The translations under genes were made by a program, and so were the position numbers. A stretch of 54,485 bases of DNA from Patescibacteria group bacterium (lineage in GTDB: Bacteria; Patescibacteriota; Minisyncoccia; Phycocordibacterales; Phycocordibacteraceae). The stretch spans positions 1 through 54,485 of the forward strand of contig JAIELV010000001.1 in the NCBI GenBank assembly GCA_019752595.1, read 5' to 3'. Below, piece by piece: positions 45,928 through 53,801 of this stretch. The notes beneath the pieces were generated by a model. The model searched no databases. It was not told where the DNA came from and saw only the letters and a list, made by a program, of their open reading frames with translations. Numbering within the stretch: the first letter of the stretch is position 1; each line of letters starts with the position of its first letter.

Positions 45928-46233
45928 TTAATTTTCTCGTTCAGTGGTGCCAAGCGGGACATCGCTTTCACTTCCAATACTTTCTCCTCTTACTGTGCGG
46001 GCAAGTAGGGCAGCGTCATGAACTTTTGCACCTCCTCCGCGCTGTTCTCTCAGGGCAAGTAGTTTTCCAGAAATGGCCGAACCTTTAAAAGGAATTTCTC
46101 CAACAATCTGTGCGTTTGCCTCACTGATCACACCATCTTCAAAAGCAGCTTTTTCTTCGACTCCTTTCTTTCGAATAATTCCCGTATTGGTGCCGAGCCA
46201 CAAAAGAGCAGCACCTACAAATTCTTTTTTCAT
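45928..46233 (-). CDS. Hypothetical protein (101 aa)
   Basis: ORF only; it lies in tandem with the 102-aa ORF, 8 nt apart. Confidence 0.4.
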   Translation of the reverse strand: MKKEFVGAALLWLGTNTGIIRKKGVEEKAAFEDGVISEANAQIVGEIPFKGSAISGKLLALREQRGGGAKVHDAALLARTVRGESIGSESDVPLGTTEREN

Positions 46234-46295
46234 AGTGTGACTTCTATCCGAGAGCGATTACTTGCTTGGAGCTCGCACCCGTCGGATTTTAAAAC

Positions 46296-47390
46296 TTATG
46301 GAAGTGAAACAATCGTGTACTTGATGATGTTGTTCTCATCATTCTTTTCCTGAATGCTTCCTGTAGGATCGACATTCACGGTGAACTGAGCATTTGAGTT
46401 GATGTCAAAGCTGTCGAAGCCGATAGTGAATTCAATACGGTCTTTTGGACGCAATTCCTGCTGCATCGGAGACGAGTAGATGTACGAGGGAAGAGTAGGA
46501 AGAACCGCGTTAAAGGCGAACTGATTTGAGGTCTTGGTACCCTGGTTTTCGACAGAGAAACGAACTGCAATTCTCTGTGTGCGTGATGGTGTTGAGGATG
46601 CAGTGAATGCGCCTGTTGATTTATCAACGACACCGACTTCGATAATTTTCGGCACGAGGTCGACATAGCCGTTCGGGTTTGAGACAGGTGCACCTGAGCC
46701 AGGAATAGTGATTGTGGTGTTTGTCGGAGCTCCTGGTGTCGTAGGAGTTGTTGGCGTAGAAGGTGTGGTCGGTGTCGTAGGAGTGGTTGGGGTCGTCGGC
46801 GTCGTTGGCGTAGAAGGAGTGGTTGGTGTGCCAACGGTTGGACTTGAGCCAAGAGCAGGATTCGTCAACGTCAACGTTGCCTTTCCAGTCACTGTTGGCT
46901 GGTTCGCGCCGTTCGGAGTGAAGTCTATGTACACCGTGACGTCTGCAAAGCGGTTCGTGTCAGAAAATCCTGTGAGCGTGATTGAGTTGTTGCTGTGTAC
47001 AAAGTTAAACGGCACGTTGCAGAAAATAGTATCCTGCGCATTTGCCGAATTGAGGGCTGTCATGCGTACACCGTCTGCACAATCAAAGCGGAAGCGGTAC
47101 GAACCTTCAACTGTTTTCTTATCGTGCGCCCATGAGAGAACAAATGCTTTGTTGTGTTCGATATTCAAAGAGGGAACAGACAGTGCGATCGCTTCATCTG
47201 CAGGAACGAAAATAGAGGTAAGCGAAACGATTGCTGATGCAAGGTTAGAGAGTGCTCCTGGTACCGCGCGGGCTACCTGAACTGAACCCCACATACCAAT
47301 CCCGAGGATTGCGATAAAACCGATAATAGCGGCAACGCGCTGAACGCCTCCCGACATGAGGCCGCGCTTAGAATTCGGTGTGTTTTCCAT
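46296..47390 (-). CDS. Membrane-anchored surface protein with a Pro-Thr linker and a C-terminal CARDB-like domain
   Basis: TM helix VAAIIGFIAILGIGMW. PT repeat. The CARDB pattern runs DLVPKI...FSVENQGTKTS...VNVDPTGSIQEKNDENN. I prefer Met13 of the track ORF (about 47390): it follows a minus-strand TTGACA-N17-TACTGT by 7 nt. The track's TTG at 47426 lies within that -35 box. Confidence 0.7.
   Translation of the reverse strand: MENTPNSKRGLMSGGVQRVAAIIGFIAILGIGMWGSVQVARAVPGALSNLASAIVSLTSIFVPADEAIALSVPSLNIEHNKAFVLSWAHDKKTVEGSYRFRFDCADGVRMTALNSANAQDTIFCNVPFNFVHSNNSITLTGFSDTNRFADVTVYIDFTPNGANQPTVTGKATLTLTNPALGSSPTVGTPTTPSTPTTPTTPTTPTTPTTPSTPTTPTTPGAPTNTTITIPGSGAPVSNPNGYVDLVPKIIEVGVVDKSTGAFTASSTPSRTQRIAVRFSVENQGTKTSNQFAFNAVLPTLPSYIYSSPMQQELRPKDRIEFTIGFDSFDINSNAQFTVNVDPTGSIQEKNDENNIIKYTIVSLP
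46729..46833 (-). repeat. Tandem Pro-Thr coding repeat (PTTPSTPTTPTTPTTPTTPTTPSTPTTPTTP)
   Basis: Reiterated ggtgtcgtaggagtKgttgg-type units on the plus strand. Confidence 0.85.
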
Positions 47391-47572
47391 GTGTCGGACA
47401 GTATCATGGATATAAGGACTTGTCAAGCATGCGCTTTACTCCTGCCTTTTTCAGGGTGTAATCCAAATCCTTGACAAAGTGTCTTCTATGATGTAAGCTA
47501 TTTAATAGAAACTGTCTGGAATAAATCCACCTGTGGAGCTACTCCTCAGTTTCGGACAGTTAGTTCATCACT

Positions 47573-48253
47573 ATGAAAGGTGGAAATCACATACCAGAAG
47601 ATATACAGCACATAGCTCAAAAGCCGTGGGAGTTTCTCGCGGTTTTTCTCGCGACGTTCTTTGTTTTCTCAACAGTTCTCTTTGCTCTGGATTTTTATCC
47701 TGAAGCTCCGAAGACTGTTGCAGAAGCTGCAAAGACTGAGTCTGTTGTAGAACAAACTGTTTCGGAACCGAAAGTCGCAGGAGCAAGTGTTTCTACAGGA
47801 GCAGTTCTTCCTGTCGGGAGCCCTGTCCGCATTCGCATTCCTTCTGTCGGCATAGATACGCCGATACAGAATCCGAGTTCGACGGACATCACGGTACTCG
47901 ATAACGCGCTTTTAAAAGGAGCGGTCCGTTATCCAGGAAGTGCACTCCCAGGACAAGACTCACGCATGTTTATCTTCGGTCACCAAAGTGGTTTGCCGGT
48001 TGTAAAAAATCAGGCCTTCAAGGCCTTCAACAATCTGCAGAATGTGAAAGTTGGCACTGAAATTGAAGTCTACTCGGATACGGCTGTGTATCGGTACCGA
48101 GTTATTTCAATCGAACATGCATCGGTTAATGACGGTTGGGTAGATTTGAGCGGTAACGACAGAATGCTCATTCTCTCAACGTGTGATAGTTTCGGCAAAA
48201 AGACAGACCGAAACATCGTCAGAGCAGAATTTGTATCACAGGAATTACTTTAA
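47573..48253 (+). CDS. Sortase-family transpeptidase
   Basis: N-terminal TM anchor, FIFGHQSG (His), MLILSTCDS (TLxTC-type Cys) and NIVRAEF (Arg). Confidence 0.85.
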   Translation: MKGGNHIPEDIQHIAQKPWEFLAVFLATFFVFSTVLFALDFYPEAPKTVAEAAKTESVVEQTVSEPKVAGASVSTGAVLPVGSPVRIRIPSVGIDTPIQNPSSTDITVLDNALLKGAVRYPGSALPGQDSRMFIFGHQSGLPVVKNQAFKAFNNLQNVKVGTEIEVYSDTAVYRYRVISIEHASVNDGWVDLSGNDRMLILSTCDSFGKKTDRNIVRAEFVSQELL

Positions 48254-48285
48254 AAAATTAGAAAATTAGAAAATTAAAAAACAGT

Positions 48286-49791
48286 ATGGCTGACCGCTCA
48301 AAAGACAGACTTTTCAGAGCAAGACATTTGGGACGAGCATTCGTCGCTGTTTTGGGTGCAACTGCTCCCGCGGCGCTTACGGCCCCTGCGTTTGCGCAAG
48401 ACGCAGCTCCAGTGCGTCCGCTGAGGACTATTGGGGAGCATCCGTTTGCAAACTCAATGACAGAAGCATTGAGCGACGCTCACCTGAGACGTGTTTTTGC
48501 TACTGCTGTTGCAGAGGGCACACTGACAGAAGCTGATCGTGCGGCATTTTTGGCTATGGCTATTGCTCAGCGCACGACCATCGGAGACGTGCAACTTGTT
48601 CAGCCAGGTGCAGAATTTGAATGGATGATGGATCAAAATGATCCAGCAGCGGGTGCTGGTCCCGAGCGTTTGAGATGGGCAGGCACTCAGCCTTTCCGCG
48701 CTCGCGTCATGACGATGACTCGCTCAGACAGAGCAACCGTGAGGTTCGGTGTTGTCATGGACACGATTGACGGGCGCCCATGCTATAACTTTTTTCCTGA
48801 GTCAGTTACGCCTGCTGTCGGAACACCACCTCCGCCACCTCCTCCTCCGAATCCTATAACAGCACCCAGATCTCCTGCGCAATGGTATTTGCAAGAAGGA
48901 GTTGTAGCTGCCGATTGTTGCCAAACACGTGTCGTGAACGGTCTTTTGATTGCAGAATACCGCGGTACTGTTGAAGAGGCACAGAGATATTTTGCTGCAA
49001 ATCTTCGTCGTCCTGGTAACGGAGTGCAAACACTTCGCCCAGGAGACTATCAGGAAGGATTAAATCAACCGTTTGCATACCTTGTAGTTAGAGATCCGAG
49101 CACAGGGCAGGAAACATTCTGGTGCATGGAGCTCAACAATTCTGGAAGATTTTCTCGTCCTGTTGTAGTAACAGGTGGAGGTAGAGGGGAGCCTTCGAGG
49201 AGAACTGAAGTAAGAACGAGAGCGCAGTTTGACGCTTTGGTTACGGGAACTTTGGAATTCAATGAAAATTTTTCTTTGACTGGATCAGGACGTGGTGCTG
49301 ATATCAGCGTTGTAAGTATTACTGAGCCAACTCCGCTGACGGTTGTTGACGCAGATAGAAACGGAGTAGGAGAAGGATTTGCGGTAAATACAAGAACACG
49401 CAGAGCTGCGCTTGAAAGCCAGATGTCGCTTATCGCACGCACGGTCTTTCCAGTGAGTACAGAGCCTGCAGTGAATGAACGCGCGGATAGATTGTGGGCA
49501 CAGATTGCAGCTACATCAATTCCTGAAGCATTTATCACGGGACGCACAGAAGGAGCGCGCATTTCCGCTCTCCGTACGGCGTTCCCTGAACTTACTGCGG
49601 TTGAAGCACGTCAGTTGGCTTCATTCCTTCACTACTACGGTGGCGTTGATCGAGGAGCTGAACGAGGTGACCAGTTTGTTGCCGAATACAGAACTGGTGG
49701 CGTTCCTCGAACAGTAGGAGGATTCTTTAATGCAGGCGTGGGAGCAGAAGTAACTGCAGGCGTCTACCCAGGAGTGCGTTCAGGTCAGTAA
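48286..49791 (+). CDS. Secreted Arg-rich hypothetical protein with essentially no lysine
   Basis: Signal peptide ...AVLGATAPAALTAPAFA|QD. A P8 tract. About 50 Arg against a single Lys, at residue 6. No family recognised. Confidence 0.7.
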   Translation: MADRSKDRLFRARHLGRAFVAVLGATAPAALTAPAFAQDAAPVRPLRTIGEHPFANSMTEALSDAHLRRVFATAVAEGTLTEADRAAFLAMAIAQRTTIGDVQLVQPGAEFEWMMDQNDPAAGAGPERLRWAGTQPFRARVMTMTRSDRATVRFGVVMDTIDGRPCYNFFPESVTPAVGTPPPPPPPPNPITAPRSPAQWYLQEGVVAADCCQTRVVNGLLIAEYRGTVEEAQRYFAANLRRPGNGVQTLRPGDYQEGLNQPFAYLVVRDPSTGQETFWCMELNNSGRFSRPVVVTGGGRGEPSRRTEVRTRAQFDALVTGTLEFNENFSLTGSGRGADISVVSITEPTPLTVVDADRNGVGEGFAVNTRTRRAALESQMSLIARTVFPVSTEPAVNERADRLWAQIAATSIPEAFITGRTEGARISALRTAFPELTAVEARQLASFLHYYGGVDRGAERGDQFVAEYRTGGVPRTVGGFFNAGVGAEVTAGVYPGVRSGQ

Positions 49792-49792
49792 A

Positions 49793-49820
49793 TTGACAAA
49801 ACATTAAATTAATGTATACT
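49793..49820 (+). promoter_or_regulatory. Near-consensus sigma70-type promoter for the giant adhesin gene
   Basis: TTGACA (49793-49798), a 16-nt spacer, then TG-TATACT (49813-49820). The track ATG at 49812 lies inside the -10 region. Confidence 0.7.
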
Positions 49821-49835
49821 GAAAATAAGAAAAAT

Positions 49836-52800
49836 ATGTCACTCCTACTCGGCAAAAAACACACGATTTTGAGAAACTTCTTTGTATTCGCGGTGCTTTT
49901 TGTCGTGCTGTTTATCGGTGCATGGCTCGCACTCGACGAAGCGAGTATCGCTTTTTCTCCAGAGGCAATAATTGCAGAAGCATCTGCAGGTTGTGGTGGT
50001 TGTTTTAATGATTTTCCTCTCCGCAACACTCACATTGATGGAGGTGGCGGAGGTGGCGGAGGTGGCGGAGGTGGCTATACACCGACGCCGTACTGCACCA
50101 TTACCGCAAGCCCGAACCCTTCAACTGGTCCTGGTGAACCAGTGTATCTAACGTGGACGACATATCTTGCAACATCTGCAACAATTAGTTCTGGTGTGGG
50201 TTCCGTCAATCCCGTCCTAGGTGGCACTGTCACTGTATATCCCTCAGTCAATACCACGTATACGATGACGACCCAGCACGGAACGTATGGTTCCGCTACT
50301 TGTCAGGTTGTTGTACAGATTCCCCCTCCACAGTTGGGCTGTATTGAGGTTTTGAAGGAAACCTATGACACGAACGGCAATATTTTGAACCCAGTGGCTC
50401 AGTTCACCTTCAAGCTCGACGGAGTAACAACTGCAGTGAATGATGCCAATGGGTATGCAATTTTCAATAACGTTTCTCCAGGCCTTCATACAGTCTCAGA
50501 AATTCTTCCACCAACGTGGCAGCTTCTTTCAATCACTCCAGTCAATGGTTTGGTGTACGTAAGTCCAGGTCCTATTTGTGCGGCAGTCGTATTCAAAAAC
50601 AAACAGGTTATTGAAACGCCTCCGCCAACCTGTACGCTTGCAATAACACCTTCGGTGATTGATGCTGGCGACGCTGTTTCAATAGCGTGGGCAACGACGA
50701 ACGCTACTCAGATTTCCATAGACGAAGATGTGGATGGCCCTATGGTTCCGATTTCGGGAGGTACGGTAACGGCACATCCGACACAAACCATAACGTATCA
50801 CTTCCATGCAATAAACGAGGTTGGGCAGGCGAACTGTCAGCAAACGGTTACGGTGCGACCACCGACGAATAACTCATGCCCAGTTCCTTCTTCTTTGAGT
50901 GACAATACTACCAACGCGATTAATTCCGCGCCTGGTACTGAAAAAGATCTTCAGGAAATTCTTGACGACAACACGCCCTACAATCTACAAGTATTCACCA
51001 ACCAGAAGCAGTACCAGAACTGGACTGTCACTTCGGGCTCACACATCAAGATAACGGCTACGCATGTGAATCACTACACAGCCCTGAGACAAGTCTTCGG
51101 GTTCTACAGAAATGGTGATATTTCGACATTTACTCCAATCTACAAAACGGCAGCTATCCCAGGTCAGGAGTCAGTTCCGCTCTCATCCACTGGTCCTTTT
51201 GTCATTACTCCGAATGTCGGTGGCACTATTGCCTTCGCTATCAAGAGCTATCAGGCAAACGGAAGTCTGTACGGCGTGAAGGCGAGCGAAAACGCACTGA
51301 ATCAGAACGGACGTGACCAAATGGTCGCTTACAATCCGTCTGCGAATAAATACGTACTCGCGTTTGAAGACGTTATTGAGGGCGACGACGATTTTAACGA
51401 TCTCGTTGTTGACCTCACGCTCGACTGTGTAGACCCTGTTGTTAAAGGTTGTATTGAAATCAAGAAAGAAACCTACAACACGAACAACGTACAGATTTTC
51501 CCTGTCGCACAGTTTACGTTCAACTTGGACGGTAATGCGCAGACGACACAGAACGATGCTTCAGGTAACGCGGTCTTTAACGATGTATCCGTTGGTCTTC
51601 ACACGGTTTCTGAAATTGTGCCTCCAACATGGACTCAACTTTCAGTAACTCCAGTCAACGGGTTGGTGTATGTTGCTCCAGGCCCTATCTGTGCAGCAGT
51701 TGTTTTCAAGAACAAACAGACTATTACCACACCTCCTCCAGTGACGGTTTCCGTAACGAAAATCGTTTGCGATTCTGAAGCGGATCTTCCAAATCGTTCA
51801 GGTGGAGCAAACATCACCGCAACAACCGCAGCTGACTTCTTGGCAACTCATCCGAACTGCCGTTTACAGCCGAACTGGGTCTTTGAGTGGGCGAATGCAA
51901 GCGTAGGAAATCCTGGCGACAATACAGGTGCGGGTGGCGCAGGATGGAATACACTCGCTCCGACAAATGCAAACGGCACCACGACGATTGCTATTCCTGT
52001 TTCAGCAATTACAGGCAGCCAGATTTGGGTGCGTGAACAGATGCAGAGCGGTTTCGTTCCGTTCACAGGAGTTTCAGGCGGAAATGTATCTGCAGAAATG
52101 TACTGTTCAACAGATGTGTTGAATTATGACAACTTGGATGCAATCGCGAGCCCAACGTCAGGGTCTACCTATCACTGTGTTGCATGGAATGCACATACTC
52201 CTCCAAACCAGCCAACGTGCGTTGTGAATGCATCACTCACTTCAGGAAATAATTATTCGCTCACGTGGTCAACTACAAACGCAACCTCTTTCACTATTAA
52301 CCAGGGAATTGGCTCAGTGACTCCAGTTGCGGGTGGTTCAGTGTCCGTGACTGCAACGACGACCACAACATACATTGGTACTGCAACAGGCCCTGGGGGC
52401 ACGTTTAACTGCCCAACAACTGTCACGATTACGCCGAACGTTATCACTCCTGTATGCTCGCTCTCTTTAAGCGTGTCCTCAGGTCAGATTCGAACAGGTG
52501 AGAGTATCAAACTTTCTTGGACATCATCAAATGTGACGAGCGGTTTCATCACGAATTACGGCACTACGACTCCCGTTTCAGGAGGTACATCTGAAGATTT
52601 GTTCCCGTCGACTGACACTACCTACTCAGGTACGTTCGTTGGTCCGCACGGCACGACAACTTGCTCCACGAATGTTCGCGTCACTACGGGTGGTTGCCAA
52701 GGTAACTGTGGTGGAGGTATGAATCCTCCAAACGTGGTGATGTATTCAAAACCAGGTGACACGCCATTGGTCGCATCCGTCTTTCTTTCACAAATTCCGT

Positions 52801-53792
52801 ACACTGGCTTTGAAGCAGGCCCAGCATTGACCGCAATCTTCTGGCTTGCTGTGGTGCTTCTTGCAGGATTGGTTGCGTACTTCGCTCTCGGTAGACGTGG
52901 AATTATGAATATGTTCTCGGGTCACATTGCCGCAGTTGCAGGAGTGCCTACTGAATCTGATATACGTCACACACTAGAGGAGCGCGGAGAAATTGTTCCT
53001 GAGGTACACAACGCGCCTGTGGTTGCGTCAGTTGCAACACCAGTGCCAGTGTTTACTCCCGTGGCACTTCCAATTACATCTCAGGCAATTGTTACTGCAC
53101 CTATAGTTGCCCCTGCAGTTTCAGCTGAAGCAGGAATTCCTGATCTTGCCGATGTGATTGAATCACGAGCACATGCTGCAGGCGTTCTGATGTCGCCTGA
53201 AGCAGTACAAGGTGCAGTTGCACTCGCTTCAGATCGTGCTGATGTCCTCAAAGTATTCGGCACTATCTTGAATGACGCAGTCCGCACGCTTCCTCGCGAA
53301 GATGGATGGATTATGCTGACGTCGGATCGTTTGGAAACTTTGGCAGGAAACATCGCTCCGAAAGTCGCTGAAAAAACAATTGTTTCGACTGTTGTTCCGA
53401 CATATACGATTGCATCAGCAAAAACAGCAGCGCCTGTTGAGACGGTTTCCGTCCAGGGAGTTGATGAAGCTGTGGCGGTTCAATTCGTGACGTCGATTGT
53501 TTCTGGGAATCGTGAACTCGCGTTCTCAATCATCCGCTCAATGGAACATGACCGTGTAAACCCGACGACATTGATGACTTCAGCCGCAACTGTCCTTGAC
53601 CGCCTCTACCGCGTACGTCAGGGAGGCAAAAACGGTATTGATAGCGCACTCGTCGATGCATCACAGCATATGACTGACGAGAATGTGCATAAGCTTGTTG
53701 AAGTCTTCACACATTCACTCGATACCGTATACGCAAATCCGTTCACGGGCGTAAAGCTCGCGCTCGCTCAGGCGTTTGAGATTATCGGCTAA
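49836..53792 (+). CDS. Giant surface adhesin. Order of parts: N-terminal TM, Gly12, Ig-like modules, two SpaA/prealbumin-like modules, DUF4114, an internal IPYTG-TM-GRR signal, then a ~296-aa C-terminal domain.
   Basis: Start set at Met9 of the track ORF. AFEDVIEGDDDFNDLVVDL matches the DUF4114 signature. CIEVLKETYD...VVFKNKQ is duplicated. LSQIPYTGFEAGPALTAIFWLAVVLLAGLVAYFALGRRG lies at residues about 992-1030 of the track ORF. Confidence 0.85.
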   Translation: MSLLLGKKHTILRNFFVFAVLFVVLFIGAWLALDEASIAFSPEAIIAEASAGCGGCFNDFPLRNTHIDGGGGGGGGGGGGYTPTPYCTITASPNPSTGPGEPVYLTWTTYLATSATISSGVGSVNPVLGGTVTVYPSVNTTYTMTTQHGTYGSATCQVVVQIPPPQLGCIEVLKETYDTNGNILNPVAQFTFKLDGVTTAVNDANGYAIFNNVSPGLHTVSEILPPTWQLLSITPVNGLVYVSPGPICAAVVFKNKQVIETPPPTCTLAITPSVIDAGDAVSIAWATTNATQISIDEDVDGPMVPISGGTVTAHPTQTITYHFHAINEVGQANCQQTVTVRPPTNNSCPVPSSLSDNTTNAINSAPGTEKDLQEILDDNTPYNLQVFTNQKQYQNWTVTSGSHIKITATHVNHYTALRQVFGFYRNGDISTFTPIYKTAAIPGQESVPLSSTGPFVITPNVGGTIAFAIKSYQANGSLYGVKASENALNQNGRDQMVAYNPSANKYVLAFEDVIEGDDDFNDLVVDLTLDCVDPVVKGCIEIKKETYNTNNVQIFPVAQFTFNLDGNAQTTQNDASGNAVFNDVSVGLHTVSEIVPPTWTQLSVTPVNGLVYVAPGPICAAVVFKNKQTITTPPPVTVSVTKIVCDSEADLPNRSGGANITATTAADFLATHPNCRLQPNWVFEWANASVGNPGDNTGAGGAGWNTLAPTNANGTTTIAIPVSAITGSQIWVREQMQSGFVPFTGVSGGNVSAEMYCSTDVLNYDNLDAIASPTSGSTYHCVAWNAHTPPNQPTCVVNASLTSGNNYSLTWSTTNATSFTINQGIGSVTPVAGGSVSVTATTTTTYIGTATGPGGTFNCPTTVTITPNVITPVCSLSLSVSSGQIRTGESIKLSWTSSNVTSGFITNYGTTTPVSGGTSEDLFPSTDTTYSGTFVGPHGTTTCSTNVRVTTGGCQGNCGGGMNPPNVVMYSKPGDTPLVASVFLSQIPYTGFEAGPALTAIFWLAVVLLAGLVAYFALGRRGIMNMFSGHIAAVAGVPTESDIRHTLEERGEIVPEVHNAPVVASVATPVPVFTPVALPITSQAIVTAPIVAPAVSAEAGIPDLADVIESRAHAAGVLMSPEAVQGAVALASDRADVLKVFGTILNDAVRTLPREDGWIMLTSDRLETLAGNIAPKVAEKTIVSTVVPTYTIASAKTAAPVETVSVQGVDEAVAVQFVTSIVSGNRELAFSIIRSMEHDRVNPTTLMTSAATVLDRLYRVRQGGKNGIDSALVDASQHMTDENVHKLVEVFTHSLDTVYANPFTGVKLALAQAFEIIG
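50040..50075 (+). repeat. Perfect 4x GGAGGTGGC tandem repeat encoding Gly12
   Basis: gga ggt ggc appears four times in frame, read directly. Confidence 0.95.
50334..50628 (+). repeat. Internal duplication, copy 1 (prealbumin/SpaA-like module)
   Basis: GCIEVLKETYDTNGNILNPVAQFTFKLDG...LHTVSEILPPTW..TPVNGLVYVSPGPICAAVVFKNKQ. Confidence 0.8.
51441..51740 (+). repeat. Internal duplication, copy 2
   Basis: GCIEIKKETYNTNNVQIFPVAQFTFNLDG...LHTVSEIVPPTW..TPVNGLVYVAPGPICAAVVFKNKQ. By eye, most positions are identical to copy 1. Confidence 0.8.
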
Positions 53793-53801
53793 TCGCCGTC
53801 T

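Noticed and set aside
45611-46233. Toxin-antitoxin pair (two tandem ~100-aa ORFs)
   Set aside because: Size and tandem arrangement are suggestive. But I recognised no toxin or antitoxin motifs, there is no overlap or coupling (8-nt gap), and no DNA-binding signature was evident.
46376-47280. Alternative-frame ORFs (158 aa on the minus strand, 190 aa on the plus strand) across the Pro-Thr repeat
   Set aside because: They are generated by the repetitive ggtgtcgt-type sequence. The frame encoding the TM anchor, PT linker and CARDB domain is the coherent one.
47427-47572. Operator-like palindromes cttgtcaag / cttgacaaag in the divergent spacer
   Set aside because: They are most simply the two TTGACA -35 hexamers of the divergent promoters (one per strand) rather than a regulator binding site.
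48286-49791. Lys-free protein as a simple recent transfer from a high-GC donor
   Set aside because: The signal peptide and the Ala/Arg richness look high-GC-like. However, the gene does not stand out in GC by eye and uses many AGA/AGG Arg codons typical of a lower-GC host. I kept this as an alternative to test, not as the main explanation.
19711-49835. Over-extended ORF-track starts at 19711, 20550, 28972, 42167(-), 43458, 47426(-) and 49812
   Set aside because: Each extension uses a non-ATG codon or runs through or upstream of a recognisable promoter or terminator. Examples: the ATG at 49812 lies inside TG-TATACT, 43458 lies upstream of the purD terminator, and 20550 adds 56 residues before a clear signal peptide. 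I chose internal ATGs that give canonical N-termini.
4876-50075. CRISPR array or other spacer-repeat structure
   Set aside because: All tandem repeats seen (PEPT tail at 4876-5010, PT repeat at 46729-46833, Gly12 at 50040-50075, Gly runs at 5190-5710) are short in-frame coding repeats without unique spacers. No cas genes were seen.
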